This document shows positions 25,701 through 37,259 of a DNA stretch of 64,000 nt, one piece after another; within the stretch, counting starts at the first letter, position 1; the number at the start of each line of letters is the position of its first letter. The stretch spans positions 5,651,366 through 5,715,365 of the forward strand of contig MU056050.1 in the NCBI GenBank assembly GCA_013239625.1. Reading direction: 5' to 3'. The stretch comes from Lama guanicoe (lineage: Eukaryota). Below the pieces are notes generated by a model, which was not told the DNA's origin, made no database searches, and worked only from the letters and a program-made list of their open reading frames with translations. The translations under genes and the position numbers were made by a program.

Positions 25701-27691
25701 TTATCAATAATCACTTAAAATGTTAATGGACTAAAAGCTCCAATCAGGAGACATAATGTGGTTAATGATGAGGGAAAAAACCCCCAAAAAACCAAGACCA
25801 ATCTACATGCTACAAACAAGAGACTCACTTCATAGCTAAAGACACATACAGACTGAAATTTGAGGATATAAAAATCTATTTTATGCAAATGGAAATGACA
25901 AAGTGGGCTAGCAGTACTTGTATCAGATAAAATAGAATTTGAAACAAAATCTATAACAAAATAAAAACAAGGGTATTATACAATGATAAAGGGATAAATA
26001 CAAGTAAAGGATATAACATTCACTAACCTGTATGCACCTAATATAGCAGCAGCTAAATATATAAAGCAAATATTAACAGACATACAAGGAGAAATTCACA
26101 ATAATACAATAATAGCCGGGGACTTTAACAACCCATTGACACCTATGGACAGAAACCCAGACAGAAAACCAATAAGGAAAACAGTTGTCTTAAATGACCC
26201 ACTAGACCAATTGTTCTCAACAAATATCTACAAAATATTCCATCCAGAAACAGCATACTATACCTTTGACAAGTGCACAAATAATGTACACCAGGATACA
26301 TTACACGATGGGACACAAAACTAGTTTCAGTAAATTTAAGATGATAGATATTATATCAGGCAGTTTTCCAAACACAACAGGATGAAACTAGAAATTAGTT
26401 ACAGGAAGAAAAATGGGAAACGCAAAAATGTGGAGAGTAGACAACACACTACTAAAAATGAAACAGTCAATGAACAAATCAAAAAAACAATCAGAAAGTA
26501 TGTTCAGACAAATGAAAATAAAAATACAACTTTCCAAAACCTATGGGATGCAGCAAAAGTAGTTCTGAGATGAAATGTATAGTGATAATGGCGGAGCTCA
26601 AGAAACAAGCAAAGACTCAAATAAACAACCTAATCTAACATTTACATGAATCAGGGGGAAAAAAGACAAACAAAGCCCAAATTCAGCTCAAGGAAAGAAA
26701 TAAAAAAGATCATAGAGAAAATAAATTTAAAAATAGAGGCTAAAAAACCAGAAAGGATCAATGAAACCAAGTTTTTTGAAAATATACATAAAATTTCTAA
26801 GTCAACAAATGAAAGCAGAGAAATTACAAGAAATATCACAAAGATATAAAAATCATGACTATATTATGAACAGTTATATGCCAATAAATGAGACAACATA
26901 GAAGAAATGGATAAATTTCTAGAAACATACATTCTTCTAAGACTGAATCAACAAGATTTAGGCAATCTGAACAGACTAATAATTAATAGTTAAATTTAAT
27001 TTGTAATTAAAAACCTCCTAGGAAACAAAATCCCAGGACCAGATTTACACAAGAATATACAAATTTAAAAAGAAAAGCTAATACATATCCTTCACAAAAC
27101 TATTCCAAAATTTGAAGAGGGTACAAGATTCCCACATTCATTCTATGCAGCCACCACTACACTACACCAAAGCCAGAAAAAGAAATATAAAAAAATTGCA
27201 TTATAGGCCACTATCTTTAATGAAGATAGATTCAAAAATCTTCAACAAAATATTAGCAAATTGCATGCAACAATATATAAAAAGGACCATACACCAAGAC
27301 CACGCAGGAATTAGGCTAGGATCACAAGGAAGGTTTAATATACACAAACTGATCAAAGCAATACACCACATTGTCAAAAGAAACAATAAAAATCATATAA
27401 TCATCTGATGAGGTGCAAAAATGCATCTGACAAAATTCATCAAATAGTCATGATGAAAATTCTCATCAAAGTTGGAGTATGGGGAACATAGCTCAAAGAA
27501 ATAAAAGCCATTTCTAAAAACCCACAGCTAATGTCATACACAACAGTGAAAAGCTGAAAACTTTCCTCTAAATAAGGAACACAACAAGGATGCCCATTCT
27601 CGCTATTTCTATTTAACATAGTACTGCAAGTCCTAGACACAGTAATCAGACAAGAAAAACAAATAAGAGGAATTCAAACTGGAAAGGAAGA
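22760..27691 (+). mobile_element. Old full-length LINE-1, 5' part (5'UTR, decayed ORF1 ~24350-25220, decayed ORF2 from ~25683)
   Basis: Starts 'aaatcaagatggtggag' (YY1-like L1 start) followed by a GC-rich UTR; ORF1 remnant 'AQRVTNKTKPKRPTLRHVI'; ORF2 remnants 'TTFQNLWDAAKVVLR' and 'YRPLSLMKIDSKIFNKILAN'. Confidence 0.95.
23260..24010 (+). repeat. About three diverged ~232-bp tandem monomers in the old L1 5'UTR
   Basis: Anchor 'gac(cc/at)ggca..acatct(g/a)aa' at 23354, 23583, 23817; anchor 'ctctgg..cctctt' at ~23487, ~23720, ~23954. Confidence 0.85.
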
Positions 27692-28810
27692 CGAGGACAA
27701 GGCCAAGATGGCATAGTAGTAGGATACACATAGCTCACCCTCTCCCACAAATACACCAAGACGCACATCCACGGACCCACTCAGCCAACCAGAGCACCTG
27801 CGGAACTCCGACAGAACACTGTCCTCTTCAAAAGACAAAGGCGCCAAAAATCTGGTAGGAGAAAGGAAAAAAAGAAAGACGAAAAGGCAAAACAGTTCAG
27901 GACCGGTCCCGCGGGGAGGGAGCGGCAAAGGAGGGCTGGCGCTAGCTCGCTGGGTCTCCCTTCTCCAACTGAGAGGCCAGCGGGTCAGAGGGGGAGCCTC
28001 CAAGGCTCGGATCTGCCCCCAGCACCCCTTGACCTACAGAACTAAGTTAAACGGGCACAGAGAGTCCCTGCGACACCCAGCCTGAGACCCGAGCTGGGAG
28101 CTGGGGGCCAGGACAGGCTGCCCAAGCCGGGCGGAGGACAGGGACGGCTGCACGGAGGCAGCCCCGGGGGACTGCACGGTGCTGCGCAACGTGGAAGAGT
28201 GGGTGCACAGGGCAGAACAACCTGGGCCCTCCCTGAAACAGCACTGCTGATGTGCCCGGGGGAGACGGGTGCATACCTCCATCTCTGAAAACCCACGGAA
28301 GGTTTTCAGCGAGGAGAGGCGGGGCTCAGGCTCAGCCGCCACATCCTCCAGTGCTTGGCACCCAGGTTGGGGTAGGGGTCAAACCTGAATCTGCGTCTGG
28401 GGGCTCAGCAGCCTCAAAGGCCAGACAGTGACTTGTTTGCAGCCCAGGGGGGGCGGGGGGGGCCGGGCTGTTCCGTGGTCTTCCCAGCCCGCCTGCGGAG
28501 CGCCGACCTGGGGTGGAGCCCACGGTGGAGCGAAACGCTCTGGACAGAGCTGCGGAGCGACCAGCACCAGGAGACAGCGGGTGTCCCCCCACCCCTGCCT
28601 TCCCAGCAGGAAGGCTGTACTGGGAGGGGGTGCCATCTGCTTGCCAACAGGCACTGGGAGCAGCACAGAGGAGGGCACCAACGGGGGGNNNNNNNNNNNN
28701 NNNNNNNNNNNNNNNNNNNNNNNNNNNNNNNNNNNNNNNNNNNNNNNNNNNNNNNNNCATTAAGAGCATACAGTCTCCAGGAGAACACCCCCTGCCCCCC
28801 CCCCATTTTT
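27692..28810 (+). promoter_or_regulatory. CpG-rich internal promoter (5'UTR) of the young L1 with a YY1 motif
   Basis: 'caagatggc' at 27704-27712; the most GC- and CpG-dense stretch of the window; G-runs near 28447-28468. Promoter function is inferred from known L1 architecture. Confidence 0.75.
28689..28757. other. Assembly gap (69 N)
   Basis: N run between G and C tracts. Confidence 1.
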
Positions 28811-28814
28811 TGAT

Positions 28815-29900
28815 CTGTTTTTACCTGTTGAATTTCCTATTACCTTTTCAATTTTTACTTTTTAAACAGTTATATATTCTCCCAGTTTTAATCCCTTTTA
28901 AATTTTTCTTTTAAAATAATATTATTTTAAAAAATCCACATCATGTCATTTTTCTCTCGGTTTTGATCTCCTGTTATTGATTATACACAGGTTTCAAACA
29001 TATTTTTTTCCTCTCTTCTCCATTTTTAAAGGTTTTTAAGAGACGTCTCAACCCGACTGCTATTCTGCTTCAACTTGCTCTTCAATTATTCATTATACAC
29101 TGTTTTCAAACCCTTTTTTCTTCCCTTTTTCAGAATTCTCCCTTTATATCTTTTTTATCTGTCCTATTTTTATTATCTTTTTAATTTCCACTTTCTAAAT
29201 AACTGTACATGCTTCTACTTTTAATTCCTTTTTAAATTTTTCTTTCTAAACAATTGTATATGCTTCTAGTTTTAATTCCTTTACAATTTTTCTTTTAAAG
29301 TAGTTATATTATTATTTTTTAAAAAAATCCACCTGATTTGATTTTCATTTCTTTTGAGTTTGATCTTCCGTTTTTGATTATAAATAGGTTTCAAATATCA
29401 CTTTTTGAACTTTTTTCCTCTTTTTAAAAGGGCTTTTAAAAAGATATCTCAACTCGAATGCTAGTCTAATTCAAAATGCTCTTCTGTAACTGATTATACA
29501 CTGTTTTCAAACCTTTTCTTCCTCCCTTCTCTTAAAATTCTCTCTTTATTTTAACTTTTTTATATGTTCTATTTTCTATTACCTTTTTAATTTCTACTTT
29601 CTAAACAACTGTATATGCTTCTAGTTTACATTCCTTTTTTAAATTTTTTTAAAGTAGTTATATTATTATTTTTTTTAAAATCTACCTGATTTCATTTCTT
29701 TTGGTTTTGATCTCCTGTTATTCATTATAAATAGGTTTCAAATACCGTTTCTTGATCTTTTTTCCTTTATTCTTTTAAGAGTTTTTAAAAAACACGTCTC
29801 AACTCGAATGCAAGTCTGATTCAAACTGTGTTTCTAAAATTGATTACACACTGTTTTCAAACCTTTTTTTTCACCCTTCTTTTAAAATTCTCTTTCTCTC
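28815..29900 (+). repeat. Three diverged T-rich tandem units (~350-400 bp) in the young L1 5'UTR
   Basis: Anchor 'acactgttttcaaacc' near 29097, 29498, 29848; anchor 'tctcaac' near 29046, 29447, 29797. Confidence 0.9.
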
Positions 29901-30018
29901 TCTCTCCTTTTCTTATGTTTTAAGTTTCATTCCTACATAGGCATTAGATAAATACATAAACTTCTTTAAGGACCACAATAGATAACTGAAACTCCATAAG
30001 CCACAGTGCCAGAGAGAT

Positions 30019-30916
30019 ATGAGCAAGATGAAGTAGAGAAATGATTCCTAATTAAAAGAACAAGAGAAATCCCCTGAAAGATCGATCAATGAAATAGACA
30101 TCAACAGCCTACTAGATCAAGATTTCAAAAAAGGAGGGATCAAAGTATTGAAGGAACTACAGAGATAGTGTTTAGAGATATAAAATATGTCAAAAATTAA
30201 ATCGAAGCTATAAAGAAGAGCCAAGTAGAATTGGTAAAATCACTGGCTGACATGAGAACGGATCTAAAGGCTGTGCAAAGCACACTAGAAAATGCAGAGG
30301 AACGAATTAGTGACCTAGAAGACAGGAAAACAGAAAGCACTCAATCAGAACAACTGCAAGATAAACAAATAAAAACAAATAAAAGCAACATAAGAGACCT
30401 ATTGGATAATATAAACCGTGCCAATCTTCACATAATAGGGGTCCCAGAAGGAGTGAAAGATCAAAGGGGATTGAAAAGGTTTTTGAAGAAATCATGACTG
30501 AAAACTTCCCAAACTTAAAGAAGGAATCAGATATCCAAGTACTGGAAGTTCAAAGGGTCCCAAACAGGAAGGACCCAAGCAGACCCACACCAAGACATAC
30601 CATAATCAAGATGGCCAGAGTCAAGGATAAACAAATGATCCTAAAGGCAGCAAGAGGAAAGCAAAGAGTGAATTACAAGGGAACCTCCATAAGGCTCTCA
30701 GCTGATTTCTCTACACAAACATTATAGGACAGAAGGGAGTGGCAAGACATATTTAAAGTCCTAAATGAAAAAAAGATGTAGCCTTGGATACTTTATAAAG
30801 CAAGGCTATCCTTTAGGATAGAAGGAGAGATAAAGAATTTCACAGACAAGAAAAAACTAAAAGAGTTTAGCAACACTAAACCCACGCTAAAAGAAATATT
30901 GAAAGGTCTACTCTAA
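30019..30916 (+). pseudogene. L1 ORF1 (RNA-binding protein), disrupted
   Basis: 'LENAEERISDLED...RANLHIIGVPEG' and 'MTENFPNL...RPTPRHTIIKM...IRLSADFS'; early stops and frameshifts. Confidence 0.92.
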
Positions 30917-31295
30917 ATAGAAAAGCAGCAGGATGCTACAGAAATGAGAAACTCACAACTGGAAAGGTGATAACTCATGAATCACAAATAAAATAAACAC
31001 GAAATTGTAAAAGAAGACATAAAAATCATTAAGAGTGGGAGAGGGAAGCAAGAAAATAGAGAGTATTTTTTTTCTTTCTTTTTGAAATTTTTTGTTCTCA
31101 GTAGGATGGGTTCAAGATATAGTAAAACAGGCTAACACACATACAGAAAAGGGTAACTACAAGCCAAAAACTTACAAGGGAGTCACAAAAACTAAATGAA
31201 ATCCATGATAATACAAAGGAAAATTACCAAACCACAAAAGGAAGAAGAAAGGAACAAAAAGGAAATACCAAATCAACTGCAAAGATAAGTTCAAA

Positions 31296-34200
31296 ATGGC
31301 AATAAACACGCATCTATCATCAATTACTGTAAATGTTAATGGACTAAATGCTCCAGTCAAAAGACACAGAGTGGCAGACTGGATAATAAAGCAAGAACCT
31401 TCAATATGCTGCATACAAGAGGCCCACTTTAGGGAGAAGGACACATACAGATTGAGAGTGAAAGGGTGGAAAGGGATATTCCATGCAAATGGAAAAGCCA
31501 AAAAAGCAGGTGTTGCAGTACTGATTTCAGACAAAATAGACTTTAAAACAAAGGCCATAAAGAAAGATAAAGAAGGACATGTAATAATGATTAAAGGAGT
31601 GATATAAGATGAGGATATTACACTAATAATATATATGCACCCAATATAGGAACACCTAAGTACATAAAACAATTGCTAACAGAGATAAAGGGGGATATTG
31701 ATGGGAATACCATCATAGTTGGAGATTTTAACACTGCATTAACATCACTAGACAGATCTCCCAGACAGAAAATAAATAAGGCAACAGAGAAATTAAATAA
31801 TACATTAGAAAAATTAGATTTGGTGGATATTTTCAGAGCATTACACCACCCCCCCAAATAGGATATACATTCATTTCAAGTGCACATGGAACATTTTCTA
31901 GGATTGATCATGTACTTGGGCACCAAAGAAACTGCAACAATTTTAAGAAGATAGAAACTATCTCAAGCATCTTTACTGACCACAATGCAATGAAACTAGA
32001 AATCAACAACAGAGAAACAAAGGAGAACAAAATGAAAGCATGGAGATTAAACAATATGCTATTAAAAAACCAATGGGTCAATGAGGAAATCAAAGCTGAA
32101 ATTAAAAAATACCTTGAGACAAATGAAAATGAAAGCACAACCACACAAAATTTATGGGACACAGCAAAGGCAGTGCTAAGAGAGAAGTTTATAGCAGTAC
32201 AGGCCTTACTCAAAAAAGAAGAACAATCTCAAATAAACAATTTAACCCACCAACTAAAAGAACTAGAAAAAGAAGAACAAAAAACCTCAAAAGGCAGCAG
32301 AAGTAAGGAAATTATAAAGATTACGGAGGAAATAAGTAAAATAGATTTTAAAAACTATAGAAAAAATCACTCAAAGCCAAAATCTGGTTTTTTTGAGTAA
32401 GTAAATAAAATCGACAAACCTCTGGCCAAACTCACAAAGAAGAAAAAAGAGAGAGCACAAATTAGCAAAATAAGAAAGGAAAATGGAGAAATTACAACAA
32501 ACAAAATAGAAATACAGAATATCATATGAGAATATTATGAAAAACTATATGGAACCAAACTGGATAACCTAGAGGAGATGGACAAGTTTCTGGAAACATA
32601 CAGTCCACCAAGACTGAACCAAGAAGAAACTGACCACTTGAACAAACCAATCACTAGAAATGAAATCGAATTAGCAATAAAAAACCTCCCTACAAATACA
32701 AGTGCAGGACCAGATAGCTTCATGGGGGAATTCTACCAAACATACAAAGAAGAACTCATACCATTCTTCTAAAACTCTTCCAGGAGATTGAAAAGGAGGG
32801 AATACTCCCAAACTCATTCTATGAAGCCACCATCATTCTGACAGCAAAACCAGGCAAAGGCACTACCAAAAAAGAAAATTATAGGCCAATATCACTGATG
32901 AACACAGACACCAAAATCCTCACCAAAATATTAGCAAATAGAATCCAACAACACATAAAAAAGATTATACATCATGACCAAGTGGGGTTCATCCCAGGGA
33001 CACAAGGGTGGTTCAACATATGCAAATCAATCAATGTAATACATCACATCAACAAGAGAAAGGACAAAAACCACATGATCATCTCAATAGATGCAGAAAA
33101 AGCATTTGATGAAATTCAACACCCATTAATGACAAAAACTCTCACCAAAGTCGGTATAGAGGGAACATATCTCAACATAATAAAAGCTATATATGAAAAA
33201 CCTACAGCCAGCATAGTATTCAATGGTGAAAAACTCAAAAGCTTTCCACTAAGAGCTGGGACAAGACAAGGATGCCCACTATCACCACTCCCATTCAACA
33301 TAGTCTTGGAAGTCCTAGCCACAGCAATCAGGCAAGAGAGAGAAATAAAAGGGATCCAAATTGGAAAAGACGAGCTGAAAGTGTCACTATATGCCGACGA
33401 CATGTTACTATATATAGAAAACCCTAGAAGGTCCACACAAAAACTACTAGAGCTGATCAAAGAATTCAGCAAGGTAGCAGGTTACAAGATTAACGTTCAA
33501 AAATCAGTTGCATTTCTTTACACTAACGATAAATCAACAGAAAAAGAAAGTAAAGAAGCAATCCCCTTTGAAATAGCACCCAAAGTAATAAAATATCTGG
33601 GAATAAATCTAACCAAGGAGGTGAAAGAATTATACACAGAAAACTATAAACCATTGATGAAGGAAATTAAAGAAGACTTTAAAAAATGGAAAGATATTCC
33701 AACACTGCCCAATCTACAGATTTGATGCAATCCCTATCAAATTACCCAGGACATATTTCACAGAACTAGAACAAATCATAGTAAAATTTATATGGAACCA
33801 TCAAAGACCTAGAATTGCTAAGCTAAANNNNNNNNNNNNNNNNNNNNNNNNNNNNNNNNNNNNNNNNNNNNNNNNNNNNNNNNNNNNNNNNNNNNNNNNN
33901 NNNNNNNNNNNNNNNNNNNNNNNNNNNNNNNNNNNNNNNNNNNNNNNNNNNNNNNNNNNNNNNNNNNNNNNNNNNNNNNNNNNNNNNNNNNNNNNNNNNN
34001 NNNNNNNNNNNNNNNNNNNNNNNNNNNNNNNNNNNNNNNNNNNNNNNNNNNNNNNNNNNNNNNNNNNNNNNNNNNNNNNNNNNNNNNNNNNNNNNNNNNN
34101 NNNNNNNNNNNNNNNNNNNNNNNNNNNNNNNNNNNNNNNNNNNNNNNNNNNNNNNNNNNNNNNNNNNNNNNNNNNNNNNNNNNNNNNNNNNNNNNNNNNN

Positions 34201-34907
34201 NNNNNNNNNNNNNNNNNNNNNNNNNNNNNNNNNNNNNNNNNNNNNNNNNNNNNNNNNNNNNNNNNNNNNNNNNNNNNNNNNNNNNNNNNNNNNNNNNNNN
34301 NNNNNNNNNNNNNNNNNNNNNNNNNNNNNNNNNNNNNNNNNNNNNNNNNNNNNNNNNNNNNNNNNNNNNNNNNNNNNNNNNNNNNNNNNNNNNNNNNNNN
34401 NNCAAAACTACAATGAGGTATCACCTCACACCAGTCAGAATGGCCGTCATTCAAAAATCCACAAATGACAAATGCTGGAGAGGCTGTGGAGAAAGGGGAA
34501 CCCTCCTACACTGCTGGTGGGAATGCAGTTTGGTGCAGCCACTGTGGAAAACAATGTGGAGATTCCTCAAAAGACTAGGAATAGACTTACCATATGACCC
34601 AGGAATCCCACTCCTGGGCTTGTACCCAGAAGGAAATCTACTTCAGGATGACACCTGTACCCCAATGTTCATAGCAGCACTATTTACAATAGCCAAGACA
34701 TGGAGACAGCCTAAATGTCCATCAACAGGTGACTGGATAAAGAAGAGGTGGTATATTTATACAATGGAATACTACTCAGCCATAAAAACCGACAACATAA
34801 TGCCATTTGCAACAACATGGATGCTCCTGGAGAATGTCATTCTAAGTGAAGTAAGCCAGATAGAGAAAGAAAAATAGCATATGAGATCACTCATATGTGG
34901 AATCTAA
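31296..34907 (+). pseudogene. L1 ORF2 (APE endonuclease, reverse transcriptase, Cys-rich domain), disrupted
   Basis: 'ITVNVNGLNAPVKRHR', 'IIVGDFNT', '[10 protein letters not shown]', 'YADD', '[18 protein letters not shown]'; several frameshifts, a ~39-bp deletion near 33701 relative to the 43-45 kb copy, and an N gap. Confidence 0.95.
33828..34402. other. Assembly gap (575 N) within L1 ORF2
   Basis: N run; the sister copy has about 720 bp across this interval. Confidence 1.
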
Positions 34908-35217
34908 AAAACAAAAACAAACAAAGCATAAATACAAAACAGAAACAGACCCATAGACATAGAATACAAACTTGTGGTTGCCAAGGGGGTGGAGGGTGGG
35001 AAGGGATAGACAGGATTTCAAAATTGTAGAATAGATAAACAAGATTATACTGTATAGCACAGGGAAATATATACAAGATCTTACGGTAGCTCACAGAGAA
35101 AAGAATGTGACAATGAATATATATATATATGTTCATGTATAACTGAAAAATTGTGCTCTACACTGGAATTTGATGTAACATTGTAAAATGATTATAAATC
35201 AATAGAAAAGTTTAAAA

Positions 35218-37259
35218 AAATTGGAAAGGAAGAGGTAAAAGAATACCTATTGGCAGATGACATGATACTATGTATGCAAAAGCCTAAAGCCTCCAACAAA
35301 AAAACAGCAGAACTAATAAATGAATTCAGGGAAGTGGCAAGATGGAAAGCGATTATCAAAAATCTATTCCCTTTGTATACCTTAATAATGAACTATTAGG
35401 AAAAAAAGCAAGGAAACAATCTCATTTAAAATGGCATCCAAAAAAAAAAATACCTAGGAATAAACTTAATCAAGCAAGTAAAAACCTGTACTCTGAGAAC
35501 TATAAAACATGAAAGAAGGAAACTGAAGATACAAAGAAATGGAAAGATACCCTGTTTTCATGGATTGGTAGAATTAATATTATTAAAATGGATATACTAC
35601 CCAAAGCAATCTACATATTTCACGAAATCCCTATCAAAACATCCATTATATTTTTCATAGAACTAGAACAAATAATCCTGAAACTTATATGGAATCATGA
35701 GACATCTCGAACAGGCCAATCTTGGGAAGAAGAAAGCTGGAGGTATCACGCTCCCTGTCTTCATATTGTACTACAAAGCTACAGTATTCAAATCAGTGTA
35801 ATACTAGCCAAAAAAATGACACATGTATCAATGGCACCAAATAGAGAGCTCAGAAATAAATCCATGTACTTATGATCAATCAATTACATAAAGGAGGCAA
35901 GAATCTACAATGGAGAAAAGATACTTTCTTTAATAAGTGGTACCAAGCTAACTGGACAGCTACATGTAAGTGAATGGAGTTAGAACATTTTCTCACACCC
36001 CTTACAAACTAAACTCACAATAGATTAAACACCTAAATTTAAGTCCTGAAACTATAAAATTCCTTAAAGAAAACATAGGCAAATCATCCTTGAACATACA
36101 CTGTAGCAATATTTTTTGTTTCAGTCTCTTAAGGCAAAGAAAACAAAAGAAAAAATAAACAAACAAGATGTAAAACAACTTAAAAGCTTTGCACAGTCAA
36201 GGAAACCACTGACAAAATGAAAACCTGAGGAATGAGAGAAAATATTTCCAAATTATTTGACCAATAAAGGGTTAATATTCAAAATATATAAACAAATTAC
36301 ATATCTCAATATCAAAAAAATTTAAAAAACAATTAAAAATGGACTTAAGACCTGAAGAGATATTTTTTCCAAAGAGGATATACGGTTGGACACAGGCATA
36401 TGAAAAGATGCTCAACATCTGTAATCATTAGAGAAAGGCAAATCAGAACCTGAATGATATATCACCTTGCACCTATCAAAATGGCTATCACCAAAAAGTC
36501 TACAAACAATAAATGTTAGCAAGGATGTGAAGAAAAAGGAAACCTAGTGCACTGTTGGTGGAAATGTAAACTAGTACAGCCAGAATGCAAAAGAGCATGG
36601 TGGTTCCTCAAAAAACTAAAAACAGAACTATCATAAGATCCTGCAATTCCACTCCTGGGTATCTATTAAAAAAATGAAAACAGTAATTTAAACAGATGAA
36701 TGAATGCATCCCAATGTTCATAGCAGCATTATTTTCAGTAGCCAAGATACAAAAGCAAGCTAAATGCCCCTCAACAGATGAAACGGATAAAAAAAGATTT
36801 TATAATTTTTTTACACACAAACACACACACACAAAGTGTAATACTACTCAGCCATAAAAAAGAATGAAAATTTGTCATTTTCAACAAAATGGATTGACCT
36901 GAAGAGTATTATGCTTAGTGTATTAAGTTAAGAGAAAGATAAATACTGTTTGTTATCACTTATATGTGGAAACTATAAAATAAAACAACCAGATGAATAT
37001 AAACAAACAAAAACAGACTCACAGGTATAAAGAATAAATTAGTAGTTATCTGTGAGAAGGAAGTGGGGGCAAGACAGGAGTAAACCCCTAAGTATAAAAT
37101 AACTGAGCTACAAGGATATATTGTACAGTACAGGGAATATTACCAATATTTGATACTAACTTTAAATAGACTATCATCTAAAAAGTAATCAATCAGTGTA
37201 CTGTACACCTGACAGGATAAAAATATTATCTTGAAAATCAATTATACTTAAAAAAAAAA
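35218..37259 (+). mobile_element. Old full-length LINE-1, 3' part
   Basis: Resumes where the 5' part stopped ('ttggaaaggaagaggtaaaa...ttggcagatgacatgatac', an ADDM remnant); ends 'aaatcaattatactt' plus poly(A). Confidence 0.95.

Larger units (their letters stand above)
27692..35217 (+). mobile_element. Younger full-length LINE-1 inserted in ORF2 of the old L1, 16-bp TSD
   Basis: 5'UTR, ORF1, inter-ORF, ORF2, 3'UTR and A tail all present; TSD aaa(c/t)tggaaaggaaga at 27676-27691 and 35218-35233. Confidence 0.97.

Noticed and set aside
27674..28914. Cluster of overlapping 75-145 aa GC-rich ORFs
   Set aside because: They lie in the GC-rich L1 5'UTR where stop codons are rare, several read through the N gap, and none has a recognisable domain.
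33801..34454. 217-aa and 195-aa ORFs
   Set aside because: Artefacts of translating the N gap.
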